Made by a program: the position numbers and the translations under genes. Of a stretch of 64,000 bases of DNA, positions 36,401 to 45,399 are shown in pieces (the first letter of the stretch is position 1; every line of letters starts with the position of its first letter). This DNA is from Octopus bimaculoides (lineage: Eukaryota). The stretch covers positions 130,545,161 through 130,609,160 of the forward strand of contig NC_068984.1 of NCBI RefSeq assembly GCF_001194135.2, in the 5' to 3' direction. The notes under the pieces are model-generated. The model made no database searches and was not told the DNA's origin. It saw only the letters and a list, made by a program, of their open reading frames with translations.

Positions 36401-39400
36401 TTGGTTGTCAAGTGATGGTGGGGGGGACAAACACAGACACATACATATACACGGTGACATGCAATAAGCACCATTCATGTGTAGGTCGTTGCCAGTGCCG
36501 CCAGACTGGCTCCCTGTGCAGGTGGCATGTAAAAAGCACCATCCGAACGCGTTCGATGCCAGCCCCTGCCACCCCGACTGGCACCTGTGCTGGTAGCATG
36601 TAAAAAGCACCATCTGAACGTGGCCGATGCCAGTTCTGCCTGACTGGCTCCCGTGCCGGTGGCATGTAAAAAGCATCCACTACACTCTTGGAGTGGTTGG
36701 CGTTAGGAAGGGCATCCAGCTGTAGAAACATTGCCAGGTTATATACATATATATGATAGACTTCTTTCAGTTTCCATCTACCAAATCCACTCACAAGTCT
36801 TTGGTCAGCCCGATGCCATAGTAGAAGACATTTGTCCAAGATGCCACGCAGTAGGACTGAACCTGGAAACATGTGGTTGGTAAGCAAGTTACTTACCACA
36901 CAACCACTCCTGCGCCTGTTTAAAACTTTTTTAATACATAGATTATTCAACAGAATTAGCCTAAAACAGAGTTACAGCTGTACAACCAGCATGAAGAACA
37001 GTTATTTTTAGGCCAGAGTTATTGAGTTATTGAAGATGTTAATGAGTTCCTTTCTAAATGCATCTAATGCTAACATTATCGACATGCTGGAATATAGCCA
37101 ATACATCATCTCTGCATAAGCTTATTTCTATTGTGACGAATTTCACTTTAGCTGTATTTAAGATATATAAACCAATAAGACTGCATATCTGCGCTATCAA
37201 ATAACTTCATAATGATGTCAAATAAACTCCACAGAATCTGATTTTTTAATCCAGGAAAAATCCTTGTCAATGAGCAAGATTTTCCAAGTATGCATGATGA
37301 TATCTATATTATTGCTGTCATATTGTGATATATCTTAGTGAAGGGAAGGGGAAGAGGATATACATACATGAGAACACCAAGTATACATAAATATTCCTAA
37401 TATACCCATGTGCAAGTGGAGGCGCAATGGCCCAGTGGTTAGGGCAGCGGACTCGCGGTCATAGGATCGCAGTTTTGATTCCCAGACCGGGCGTTGTGAG
37501 TGTTTATTGAGCGAAAACACCTAAAGTTCCACGAGGCTCCGGCAGGGGATGGTGGCGAACCCTGCTGTACTCTTTCACCACAACCTAACTCTTACTTCCT
37601 GTTTCTGTTGTGCCTGTAATTCAAAGGGTCAGCCTTGTCACACTGTGTCATGCTGAATCTCCCCGAGAACTACGTTAAGGGTACACGTGTCTGTGGAGTG
37701 CTCAGCCACTTGCACGCTAATTTCACGAGCAGGCTGTTCCGTTGATTGGATCAACTGGAACCCTCAACGTCGTAAGCGACGGAGTGCCAACAATAACCCA
37801 TGTGCAAACATACACACACACACACACACACTGATAAACATATTCACACACATATGCACATATAAATGTACACACGCTAGCCTTTGTACATTTAAATTCA
37901 TACACAGAAGTGCTTTGATCTATTTTAAGCATTTAAGGTAGGGAAGTTAGACTCTCCACATTAGGTGGCGAGGTTGTCTTTAAGATCAGGAGGGAGGTAG
38001 GGTCCTATAACTGGAGGGTCAACTTTAGGATCTCAGTCAGTGTTTTTTTTTTTCTTTCAGATAGATTACTTTAACTATTGACACATTGCATCAGGGACTA
38101 TATTTAGGGAATATGAAACTGCTGAATATTTTGGCTGGATGACCATGAATGACCATGGATTGCACCTAAAAAGTTTCCCTCTGAGCACAAGTCTGGGCAA
38201 GGTTGCTTATGGAAGACCAGCAGTTGCCCCTGAATACCAGTCCCTTCTCCACACCACAGATGTTATCCAAAGGAAAGGCAAAGGCCAAAACAGCTTGGCA
38301 CCAGTCACAACTCATTTTAACAGCTGAATGAACTGGAGCAATGTGAAATAAAGTGTCTTGCTCAAGCACACAACACACAAGCTAGTTCAGAAATTGAACT
38401 CACTACCACATGATTATGAGCCCAACCTTCTAACCACTGAGCTATGTACCTTCACAGATATGGCCGGTTTAAATGCTAAAGGGTTAAACATATACCAGCA
38501 CTGAACTGTTTTATTATTAATAAGAACAATCAACCAACAATGGACTATCTAAAACCTGCACTGACTGATTATAAGTCTACAAATGTTTAATAATAGGTTA
38601 AAAATAGTTTTTTCATGCATCACCTTGACACATCACCAGTAATGTTTCCTGGGGTCATTGGGTGTTATGGGTCTTTCTATAATCACCCAGGCAATCTAAC
38701 CATAAGTAATCAAGATCCAGTTTGTGTCAACTTATCCCCTCCAGGGATCACACCTCCTGATCCAAGGACACCTTCAGGCAAACCTCTGCAGCTTCTGTAG
38801 CCAACTAGATAGCCTTCTTCCTGTTGGTCCTTGCAATACCCAACATCTTATAGGCTTTGCAAAAGGACTGGCTTGCAAACTTAACACCCCCCAAGACTGA
38901 GAGGTCTTACAACAACAGAGTGTCTGTCAATACCAGAAACTACTAAGAATAAAGCATCTACTAAATACCAATAACTGCAATGATAAAGAATGTATACCAA
39001 CACCAAAATGTCTATCATCATTAAACAGTATACCAATAATAATAATAACAGAAAGATAAATTTTATTCAGCACATAGATACTGAACAGTATAGATATAAA
39101 GGATAAAATCCTTTTTTCTTTTTAAAAGCAGAAAAAGAAAAAAGGATTTTATCCTTTATATCTATACTGTTCAGTATCTATCATCATCATCATCGTTTAA
39201 CGTCCGCTTTCCATGCTAGCATGGGTTGGACGATTTGACTGAGGACTGGCGAACCAGAAGGCTACACCAAGCTCCAATCTGATTTGGCAGAGTTTCTACA
39301 GCTGGATGCCCTTTCTAACGCCAACCACTCGGAGAGTGTAGTGGGTGCTTTTACGTGTCACCCGCACAAAGGCCAGTCAGGCGGTACTGGCAACGGCCAC

Positions 39401-39679
39401 GCTCGAAATGGTGTCTTTTATGTGCCACCCGCACAAGAGCCAGTCCAGGGGCACTGGCAACGATCTCGCTCGAAAATCCTATGAAGGCGCGCTGAATAAA
39501 ATTTATCTTTCTCCTTGTTCTACCATACATTTCAGCACTTTGAAAAACAAACTTGTTTGTTTACATACAGCATAATAATAATTATACTTTACCAATTTCT
39601 TCTTCTTGGTCCCGTGTACTGGCATTCTTACTCAACCTCTCGAGGTTCTCAGCCAAATAAGCCTCATTTGATACATGCA
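10762..39679 (-). CDS. ASAP1: ASAP-family Arf-GAP (SH3, ankyrin repeat and PH domain protein), partial: BAR domain encoded by 7 exons, join complement(39593-39679,16586-16647,16095-16219,14780-14855,14023-14076,12694-12779,10762-10921)
   Basis: Manual splicing at GT-AG sites with matching phases gives 650 nt (2+216 codons): [216 protein letters not shown]. This is colinear with the vertebrate ASAP1/2 BAR domain as recalled (e.g. [27 protein letters not shown]; [18 protein letters not shown]). Probably the single invertebrate co-ortholog of ASAP1/2/3. Confidence 0.95.
12093..12667 (-). mobile_element. Modular short retroposon family D, long copy with (ATG)n tail
   Basis: 3' part GGCACGTAAAAGCACCCACTAC...GGAAGGGCATCCAGCTGTAGAAAC...GGACGTTAAAC(GAT)n shared with 26001-26343, 39181-39490, 40953-41295, 55337-55514, 57631-57792; 5' part carries two 100-bp-period modules. 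Confidence 0.85.
12694..12779 (-). CDS. ASAP1: ASAP exon (86 nt): [28 protein letters not shown](T)
   Basis: Acceptor tttgttcgcag, donor AC|gtaagt; matches [28 protein letters not shown]. Confidence 0.96.
13061..13288. mobile_element. piggyBac-like MITE
   Basis: TTAA-CTCTTTAACATT ... AATGCTAAAGAG-TTAA. Confidence 0.7.
13522..13817. mobile_element. hAT (Charlie-type) MITE, 296 bp
   Basis: 16-bp perfect TIR CAGGGGTTTTCAAACT / AGTTTGAAAACCCCTG and perfect 8-bp TSD TAATAGAG at 13514-13521 and 13818-13825. Confidence 0.92.
14023..14076 (-). CDS. ASAP1: ASAP exon (54 nt): [18 protein letters not shown]
   Basis: Acceptor tttgttgtag, donor GAA|gtaagt; matches [18 protein letters not shown]. Confidence 0.95.
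14461..14593. other. Inverted pair of decayed type-I hammerhead-ribozyme-like motifs (probable Penelope-like element relic)
   Basis: + strand 14551-14586: CTGAAGA-GCT gt AGC t-GAAA-CAAAA tgta TTTTG-TC. - strand 14499-14461: CTGAAGA-GCT ataaacaa AGC-GAAA-aatgttttgttggc. Confidence 0.5.
14780..14855 (-). CDS. ASAP1: ASAP exon (76 nt): [25 protein letters not shown]
   Basis: Acceptor tgtttgtttcag, donor GAG|gtatgt; matches TKIEKEKREHAKQHGMIRTEITGAE. Confidence 0.95.
15465..15740 (+). mobile_element. tRNA-derived SINE family B copy (spans gap)
   Basis: gaaatgcttagcggtatt...gagttcaaattcc...ggtcgactttgcctttcatcctttcggggtcgataaattaagtacc; tail gggtaataaagaaataag. Confidence 0.85.
15780..16075. repeat. 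Degenerate ~33-35 bp minisatellite next to the donor of exon 16095
   Basis: Recurring ctgtgtagtgttgaggtaaggtagat motif. Confidence 0.55.
16095..16219 (-). CDS. ASAP1: ASAP exon (125 nt): [41 protein letters not shown](F)
   Basis: Acceptor ctctaaaccag, donor TT|gtgagt; highly conserved BAR segment. Confidence 0.96.
16586..16647 (-). CDS. ASAP1: ASAP exon (62 nt): (G)[20 protein letters not shown]
   Basis: Acceptor tatttttgaag, donor CTG|gtatgt; matches GTAFVKFSTLTKELSTLLKNL. Confidence 0.93.
17521..17761. mobile_element. TA-flanked fold-back MITE, almost fully self-complementary (241 bp)
   Basis: Arms tactttgtagtaaagattatttaccaac..catggcagtcctggtttaggac..aatttagccccag versus their reverse complement at the right end; inner arms atctgtgtccttatatttt / aaaatataaggacacagat. 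Confidence 0.85.
18130..18690. mobile_element. Old non-autonomous DNA transposon with long imperfect TIRs
   Basis: Left cataactttcac...tttcagatggtgtagatt matches the reverse complement of right aatctataccatctgaaag...gaaagttatg. Confidence 0.55.
20122..20352 (+). mobile_element. SINE family B, full length
   Basis: Head GGCGGCGAGCTGGCAGAAACGTTAGC, B-box GAGTTTAAATTCC, central gtcgactttgcctttcatcctttcggggtcgataaa (resembles the Meta/MESC SINE domain as recalled); 16-bp TSD AGAAACTACAGAAGGT. Confidence 0.9.
20836..21226 (-). mobile_element. tRNA(Arg)-like SINE family C with (AAC)n tail, nested in a family B SINE
   Basis: Perfect 14-bp TSD TGAAGTCAGAACAT at 20822-20835 and 21227-21240; same family as 37416-37795. 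Confidence 0.92.
22692..22938. mobile_element. MITE with ~27-bp inverted termini, inside a piggyBac-like element
   Basis: ggatctttttggtttgacgggcaaca ... tgttgcccgtcaaaccaaaaagatcc; related tandem units at 21517-21661. Confidence 0.6.
23243..23380 (-). mobile_element. SINE family B head
   Basis: Reverse complement of the family B head and central domain. Confidence 0.8.
24105..24410. repeat. CA-rich minisatellite (CACAGGCAACCACACACA-like)
   Basis: Direct inspection. Confidence 0.8.
26001..26343 (+). mobile_element. Retroposon family D copy
   Basis: Modules plus ggaagggcatccagctgtagaaac...ggacgttaaatgatgatg. Confidence 0.85.
29205..29595 (-). mobile_element. SINE family A, near full length (older)
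   Basis: Tail cagtcatttgactgtggcc..., core and head in reverse orientation. Confidence 0.8.
30486..30889 (+). mobile_element. SINE family A, full-length young copy
   Basis: A box TGGCTGTGTGGT, B box GGTTCAGTCCC, core, internal (TA)/(TG) tract, tail ending (GTAAAAGA)n. Confidence 0.92.
32035..32422. repeat. CA-rich minisatellite (CACACACTAAAGTACACATG units) running into a gap
   Basis: Direct inspection. Confidence 0.85.
33250..33575. repeat. (GAT)n/(GGT)n trinucleotide microsatellite
   Basis: Direct inspection; source of the poly-His, poly-Met and poly-Ile ORFs. Confidence 0.95.
33868..34551 (-). mobile_element. SINE family B concatemer (184-bp period) within one TSD pair
   Basis: 16-bp TSD GAATTTATTGATGTGT at 33852-33867 and 34552-34567; repeated junction gaaatacc|tatttcttt. 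Confidence 0.88.
34866..35295 (+). mobile_element. SINE family A, full length
   Basis: Same head, core and tail as 30486-30889. Confidence 0.85.
35404..35631 (+). mobile_element. Mariner deletion derivative (228 bp) retaining the transposase C-terminus, inserted in a family D element
   Basis: TIR TTGGGTTGTCCGGAAAGT / ACTTTCCGGACAACCCAA, TA duplication on both sides; internal [32 protein letters not shown] is typical of mariner transposase C-termini. Confidence 0.9.
36235..36918 (-). mobile_element. SINE family A (-) interrupted by family D modules (+, 36485-36730)
   Basis: Family A tail 36235-36440 and head 36750-36918 flank three family D modules. Confidence 0.8.
37416..37795 (+). mobile_element. 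SINE family C, full length
   Basis: Head GTGGAGGCGCAATGGCCCAGTGGTTAGGGCAGCGGACTCGCGG; 12-bp TSD ACCCATGTGCAA at 37404-37415 and 37796-37807. Confidence 0.92.
38605..38935 (-). mobile_element. Decayed 3' end of a HERO-like (restriction-like endonuclease) non-LTR retrotransposon
   Basis: Minus-strand translation [31 protein letters not shown] resembles the HERO C-terminus as recalled (GFAGQSLCRAYTALGITG.RRRAI...TEAAE). Followed by a 3'UTR gaaagacccataacacccaatgaccccaggaaacattactggtgatgtgtc. Confidence 0.65.
39050..39512. repeat. Perfect inverted repeat (50-bp arms 39074-39123/39132-39181 plus 22-bp arms 39050-39071/39491-39512) split by a family D insertion (39181-39490)
   Basis: Base-by-base reverse-complement check shows no mismatches in either arm pair. 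Confidence 0.93.
39593..39679 (-). CDS. ASAP1: ASAP exon (87 nt, phase 1 to 1): [28 protein letters not shown](G)
   Basis: Acceptor ttattttgcag, donor G|gtaaag; aligns to ASAP1 HVQNEENYAQVLDKFGSNFLSRDNPDLG; phase fits the next exon. Confidence 0.9.
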
Positions 39680-42600
39680 CTGCAAAATAAGAAAATAAGA
39701 AAGTATGTTTTAGACAACAAAGCTCACGAAGAGTAATACGAGCTGTTACTTTAATATCAGTAATCATATTATTGCGACATTTTTGTCTGTCTTTACATTC
39801 TGAGTTCAAATCCCACTAAGGTTGACTTTACCTTTTACTCTTTTTGTAATCAACTTTACCTTTTCCCCATGGGGTTGATGTAATCAACTTTGCCTTTCAT
39901 CCTTTGGGAGCCAATAAATAAAGTACCAGTGAAACATTGGGGTCGATGTAATCGACTTACTCCCTCCCACGAAATTTCAGGCTTTCTACCTTTAGCAGAG
40001 AGGATTATTATTATTATAATTCGTTAACTTTGCATTTCATCACTTCTGGGGATCGATGAAGTAAAATATCAGTCTAGAGTTGGTGGGGTAGGGGTCAGTG
40101 GTATTAACTTACCTCTCCCCTAAATACTTCTGGCCTTGTGTTTATAATTCTCTCTCTCTCTCTCACCTGGAGAAGTCATGAATTCTCTTCAACAAGACCC
40201 CAGCTCTTGTCCCTCTATCATACTTTCACCCCTTTCAATACAATAGCCCCACTCAATTGAGGGATCTTGTCTTATGAGTACTCAGTGACCTTATTAGTGT
40301 TGGTGCCATGAAAAAAAAAAGACATTCAGTACACTCTGTAAAGTGGCTGCTGTTATAGAGCACATCAGCTTATGGATTCCACACCAAAGCAGACGTTGGA
40401 GCTCAACATAACCCTCTGAATCACCAGCTCTTGTTTAACTGACCAACCTATGCTAGCATGGAAAAGGGAACATTACATGATAATAATGCTGGAGATAATT
40501 GTGTAGAATAGGTGTTATTTGAGTAATATATTGTGAGATGAATGTCAAGTTATGTTGGGATAGTGTAAATTGATAGTATTTGGCAAACACTACTACTTGT
40601 AGCTTCATCCTGATTCAGTGCAGAGAAACAAAATTTATGCAAAATACTTGATAGAAGATTCAGTATTGCTTTGTGGTCAAAGTGTTTGACAGACTAATGC
40701 TTGAAACAGAATTTCACCTGGGTACTCACTTGGGCCCTTAAGTAAAGCGTTTCAACATTCATCTCGTATATCTTAAGATATGCAGGTTAGGTTTGGTAGA
40801 TGCAAACAGCAATTTCTGCATCATCATCATCCTCACCACTATCACTATCATCACTACCATCATTATCATCATCACCATCTCCACCATCATTATCATTATC
40901 ATCACTAGCATTATCATCACCATCACAATGTCACATTCAAGACATTATATATATCATCATCATCATCGTTTAACGTCCGCTTTCCATGCTAGCATGGGTT
41001 GGACGATTTGACTGAGGACTGGTGAAACCGGATGGCAACACCAGGCTCCAATCTAATTTGGCAGAGTTTCTACAGCTGGATGCCCTTCCAGAGAGTGTAG
41101 TGGGTGCTTTTATGTGTCACCCGCACGAAAACGGCCATGCTCGAAATGGTGTCTTTTATGTGCCACCCGCACAAGCCAGTTCAGGGGCACTGGCAACGAT
41201 CTTGCTCGAAAATCCTACGGGAGCCAGTCAGGCGGTACTGGCAACGGTCACGCTCAGGATGGTACATCTCATGTGCCACTCGCACAAGAGCCAGTNNNNN
41301 NNNNNNNNNNNNNNNNNNNNNNNNNNNNNNNNNNNNNNNNNNNNNNNNNNNNNNNNNNNNNNNNNNNNNNNNNNNNNNNNNNNNNNNNNNNNNNNNNNNN
41401 NNNNNNNNNNNNNNNNNNNNNNNNNNNNNNNNNNNNNNNNNNNNNNNNNNNNNNNNNNNNNNNNNNNNNNNNNNNNNNNNNNNNNNNNNNNNNNNNNNNN
41501 NNNNNNNNNNNNNNNNNNNNNNNNNNNNNNNNNNNNNNNNNNNNNNNNNNNNNNNNNNNNNNNNNNNNNNNNNNNNNNNNNNNNNNNNNNNNNNNNNNNN
41601 NNNNNNNNNNNNNNNNNNNNNNNNNNNNNNNNNNNNNNNNNNNNNNNNNNNNNNNNNNNNNNNNNNNNNNNNNNNNNNNNNNNNNNNNNNNNNNNNNNNN
41701 NNNNNNNNNNNNNNNNNNNNNNNNNNNNNNNNNNNNNNNNNNNNNNNNNNNNNNNNNNNNNNNNNNNNNNNNNNNNNNNNNNNNNNNNNNNNNNNNNNNN
41801 NNNNNNNNNNNNNNNNNNNNNNNNNNNNNNNNNNNNNNNNNNNNNTATATATATATATATATATGTTCACATATCATCTAAACTTAATTTCAATGCTAGA
41901 GAGAAGAAAACCCTGATAAACCTTCTAAACCATCACCACAATCTCCACTACCACCAGTATCACTAAAGTGTCCACTATGAAAACCAGGTAAGTGATTTGT
42001 TTGCCAGCAGCAAGTCCCCTTAGAAAGAACCTTGCCAACAGGAAGAAGGGTTAATGAAGACTCAACAAAGAGACTGAATTCTTCCCAAATAGCCAAAAAG
42101 GAAGAACTGGGGAAATATTGATTACTGTTGTTGTTGTTGTTGTTTGGAAAAGAGTAGAATATTGATTATGTGTAACCATTCAAAGCAGCACCGGCAGATA
42201 GAGCAAACAGCAGCCACAGAAAAACAATGCTACAAGCCATAGAAAACAGCGCTATTTCCGCATCATAACGGGCCACATACTTATACACACACACACATGT
42301 GCACATACAGCATTACACCAGGCCACTTCATATCACACACTACATCATGCTGTACCATAAGCATATACTATACAACACCATGTAACACTACATCATACCA
42401 GACTGGACTATACTGCATCACACATTACCATGCTACATCACAAACAACACCACACAGCAACCACACTACTACCATCACCACAGTGTCCTATGTTACGCCA
42501 CGCACTATACTACACAATAGCTCCGCCACAATATACTTACACTATGTAAACACATCGCAAAAAAATAATGACAACTACAGCAAGCCAACTTCTGTGTGAT

Positions 42601-42754
42601 CATTCAAACCAGCTAGAAACAGCAGTTAAAACTCTCCAATCAAACTACTATTATGTGAAATAAGGACAAACGTATTAGGTAATGTAATCTTAGAAAAAGA
42701 AACCCCTAAGATATCAGGATGATCACAGTTGCAATATCTTTGACCATAGGTCAA

Positions 42755-43018
42755 AAAATAAAAATAAATGCGCCCTTTTAAAGCCTAGCCAGGCTCATGG
42801 GCCCGGTTTCCCGGTTTCAATGGTGTATGTGTTCCCCAGTCGGACGGGACGCCAGTCCATCGCAGCGTTACTCATTTTTGTCAGCTGAGTGGACTGAAGC
42901 AACGTGAAATGAAGTGTTTTGCTCAAGAACACAACGCGTTGCCCGGTCCAGGAATCGAAACCACAATCTTACGATCATGATGCTGGCACCCTAACCACTA
43001 AGCCACGCGCCTCCACAG
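42755..43018 (-). mobile_element. CORE-like tRNA SINE family E, full length
   Basis: 13-bp TSD GACCATAGGTCAA at 42742-42754 and 43019-43031; another copy at about 52390-52650. Confidence 0.88.
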
Positions 43019-43277
43019 GACCATAGGTCAACTTGATCAGAAATGACCTGAGGCTAAATAGTAGCAGTGACATCGGCAGGACACTAGCCTATCCCTGACA
43101 AACAAACTCCAACACCCAGAACTGCAAGTCAAACAATCACCTGTCAATTCAGTACCGCTACCATTGTCCACTTGAGTTACATACCACTCTGTGGGACCTA
43201 CTTACAGCTAGGTGGACTGTACTGTTCTGTTGTACCTATTTACAGCTAAGTGGACTGTACTGTTCTGTGGTATCTAC

Positions 43278-43429
43278 CACTTGTATAGCAAGGAGGGGGC
43301 GGCAGGGGCAGTCCACCCTGGGTGGTACTTTTGAGTCTGCTGAAGGCAATATGTGTTTTTTTGTGGGATCCGGTGGGGTGGCAAACGGAAGGGCTGCCCC
43401 GGGCGCCACACACTCTAGCTATACTAGTG
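43278..43429. mobile_element. Short hAT-like MITE inserted in a 38-bp minisatellite (43195-43485)
   Basis: Termini CACTTGTATAGC / GCTATACTAGTG; degenerate 8-bp TSD GTATCTAC / GTGCCTGC; flanking units acctacttacagctaggtggactgtactgttctgt. Confidence 0.6.
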
Positions 43430-43559
43430 GTGCCTGCTTACAGCTTGGTGGACTGCACTATTCTGTGGTATCTACTACTTTAGCCGAGTAGAGTGTATCT
43501 TACAATGGTACATACCGATCGACTACAATGTAACTACAACAGTAGCAGCAACGATAAGA

Positions 43560-43870
43560 ACTACAGCAAGAACTGTAACAGCAACTATAACAAAAGCAGC
43601 AGCAACAGTAGTAGTAGTAGTAATAGTAGTAGTAGTAGTAGTAGCAGTAGTAGCGGTGGTAGTAATAGTTGTGGTAAGTAGTAGTAGTAGTAGCAGCAGC
43701 AGCAGTAGTAGTAGCGGTGGTAGTAATAGTTGTGGTAAGTAGTAGTAGTAGTAGCAGCAGTAGTAATAGCGGTGGTAGTAATAGTTGTGGTAAGTAGTAG
43801 TAGTAGTAGCAGCAGCAGCAGTAGTAGTAGCGGTGGTAGTAATAGTTGTGGTAAGTAGTAGTAGTAGTAG

Positions 43871-43905
<35 letters not shown>

Positions 43906-44160
43906 ACAGCAGTAGCAGTAGTAGTAGCAGCAGTAGCAGTAGTAGTAGCAGCAGTAGCAGTAGTAGCGGTGGTAGTAATAGTTGTGGTAAGTAGTAGTAG
44001 TAGTGATGGTGGTGGTAGTAGTAGTAGTGGCGGTGGTGGTAGTAGTAGTAGTAGTAGTGGTGGTAGTGGCGGTGGTGGTAATAGTAGTAGTGGTAGTGGT
44101 GGTGGTGGTAATAGTAGTAGTGGTAGTGGTGGTGGTGGTGGCGGCAGTAGCTGCAGTAAC
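43560..44160. repeat. (AGT)n/(AGC)n/(GGT)n compound microsatellite with ~55-62 bp higher-order unit
   Basis: Anchor gcggtggtagtaatagttgtggtaagt recurs five times. Confidence 0.9.
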
Positions 44161-44739
44161 AATACGTTATAACTGTGTTGGTGCACCGATCACAAAAAAA
44201 GCCAACGAGGAAGTTCTTTCAGGGTCGATTGATTTGCTGGAAATAACAGACAAGTCTTTTTTTCCCCTCAAATCACACCCGACAGTCTCAAGAAAGGAGA
44301 AAGAATACATCGGATAACGTAGTCCTAGATATACAATGTCAGATATAAATAGATAGGATGAAAATGCCTTGGCTGAGTGAAGGTTGACCTGGAGATAAAA
44401 AACAAAACCCGGCAACAATAGAATATCAACAATCGCCTTCATAGCAATGATGGTTAGAACAACATCGACAGCAGCAGCAGCAACCGGAACAACAACAACA
44501 AAAACAACACCAGTAGTGGTGACAGTAACAAATGCTTACAATAATAACAAGGCAGACGAAGACAGACGAACACTCCTGTTTTTCTCTATAAAGCATTTTT
44601 CCCCCCAAGCATTTGTTTATCTAAACATACAGTTGCGGTGTTTTGTGAGGAAGGTGCTTCCGGTGGGAACAAAAACTCAGCTTATACACGCACGCACGTG
44701 CGTGTAAAAATGTTTACACACACGCGCACATACGTACAT

Positions 44740-44808
<69 letters not shown>

Positions 44809-45216
44809 TAGAAGTTTTGTGTACAAATAGATATATATATGACCGCTACTGTTATGTTTAGAGTTCCACGTAGAGTATCATAATCCAGTCTGCTTCCTGT
44901 ATAGTTTAAGTAACTTCTATACCGAGTAATATTAAATGTAGGAGAAATAAGGATAAACATAAGTTTATATTATACTTCCTGCGTACGTTTCACCGTTGTA
45001 GTAGTTTGGCGCCCTACGATAGATGATCCAAGGGCATTTATATGCTCACCCACAATAAAGTGTTCCCTGATGATCTGTTGTGCTTCAGCATTTAAATGCA
45101 TTTGAATAAAGCTCCAAACAACCATAATGGTGAAACGCATGTCGGAGGTATATTGTAAACTTGTGTTTATTCTTATTTTTCCTAAATTACATACAGGCAC
45201 ACACTAAAAATTCAAG

Positions 45217-45377
45217 GTAATTTTTCAGATTAACACCCGCACGATTACCTAACAGTAAAACTGTAACCCTAACACTAATCCTAACACTAACCCTGACCCT
45301 AAACCCTAACTCTAACACTAAAACCCTAACCCTAACACCTTAGTGAAAATCGCATGGGTGTTAATCTGAAAAATTAC
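45217..45377. mobile_element. Small fold-back element with 30-bp inverted arms around (ACCCTA)-like telomeric repeats
   Basis: gtaatttttcagattaacacccgcacgatt / aatcgcatgggtgttaatctgaaaaattac enclosing degenerate CCCTAA units. Confidence 0.75.
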
Positions 45378-45399
45378 TAAATTCAATGGGTACAGGTTA

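Noticed and set aside
40724-40765. Alternative first exon MNVETLYLRAQ|gtgagt about 1 kb upstream of exon 39679
   Set aside because: It ends in phase 0 while the next exon needs phase 1, and the phase-1 frame contains a stop.
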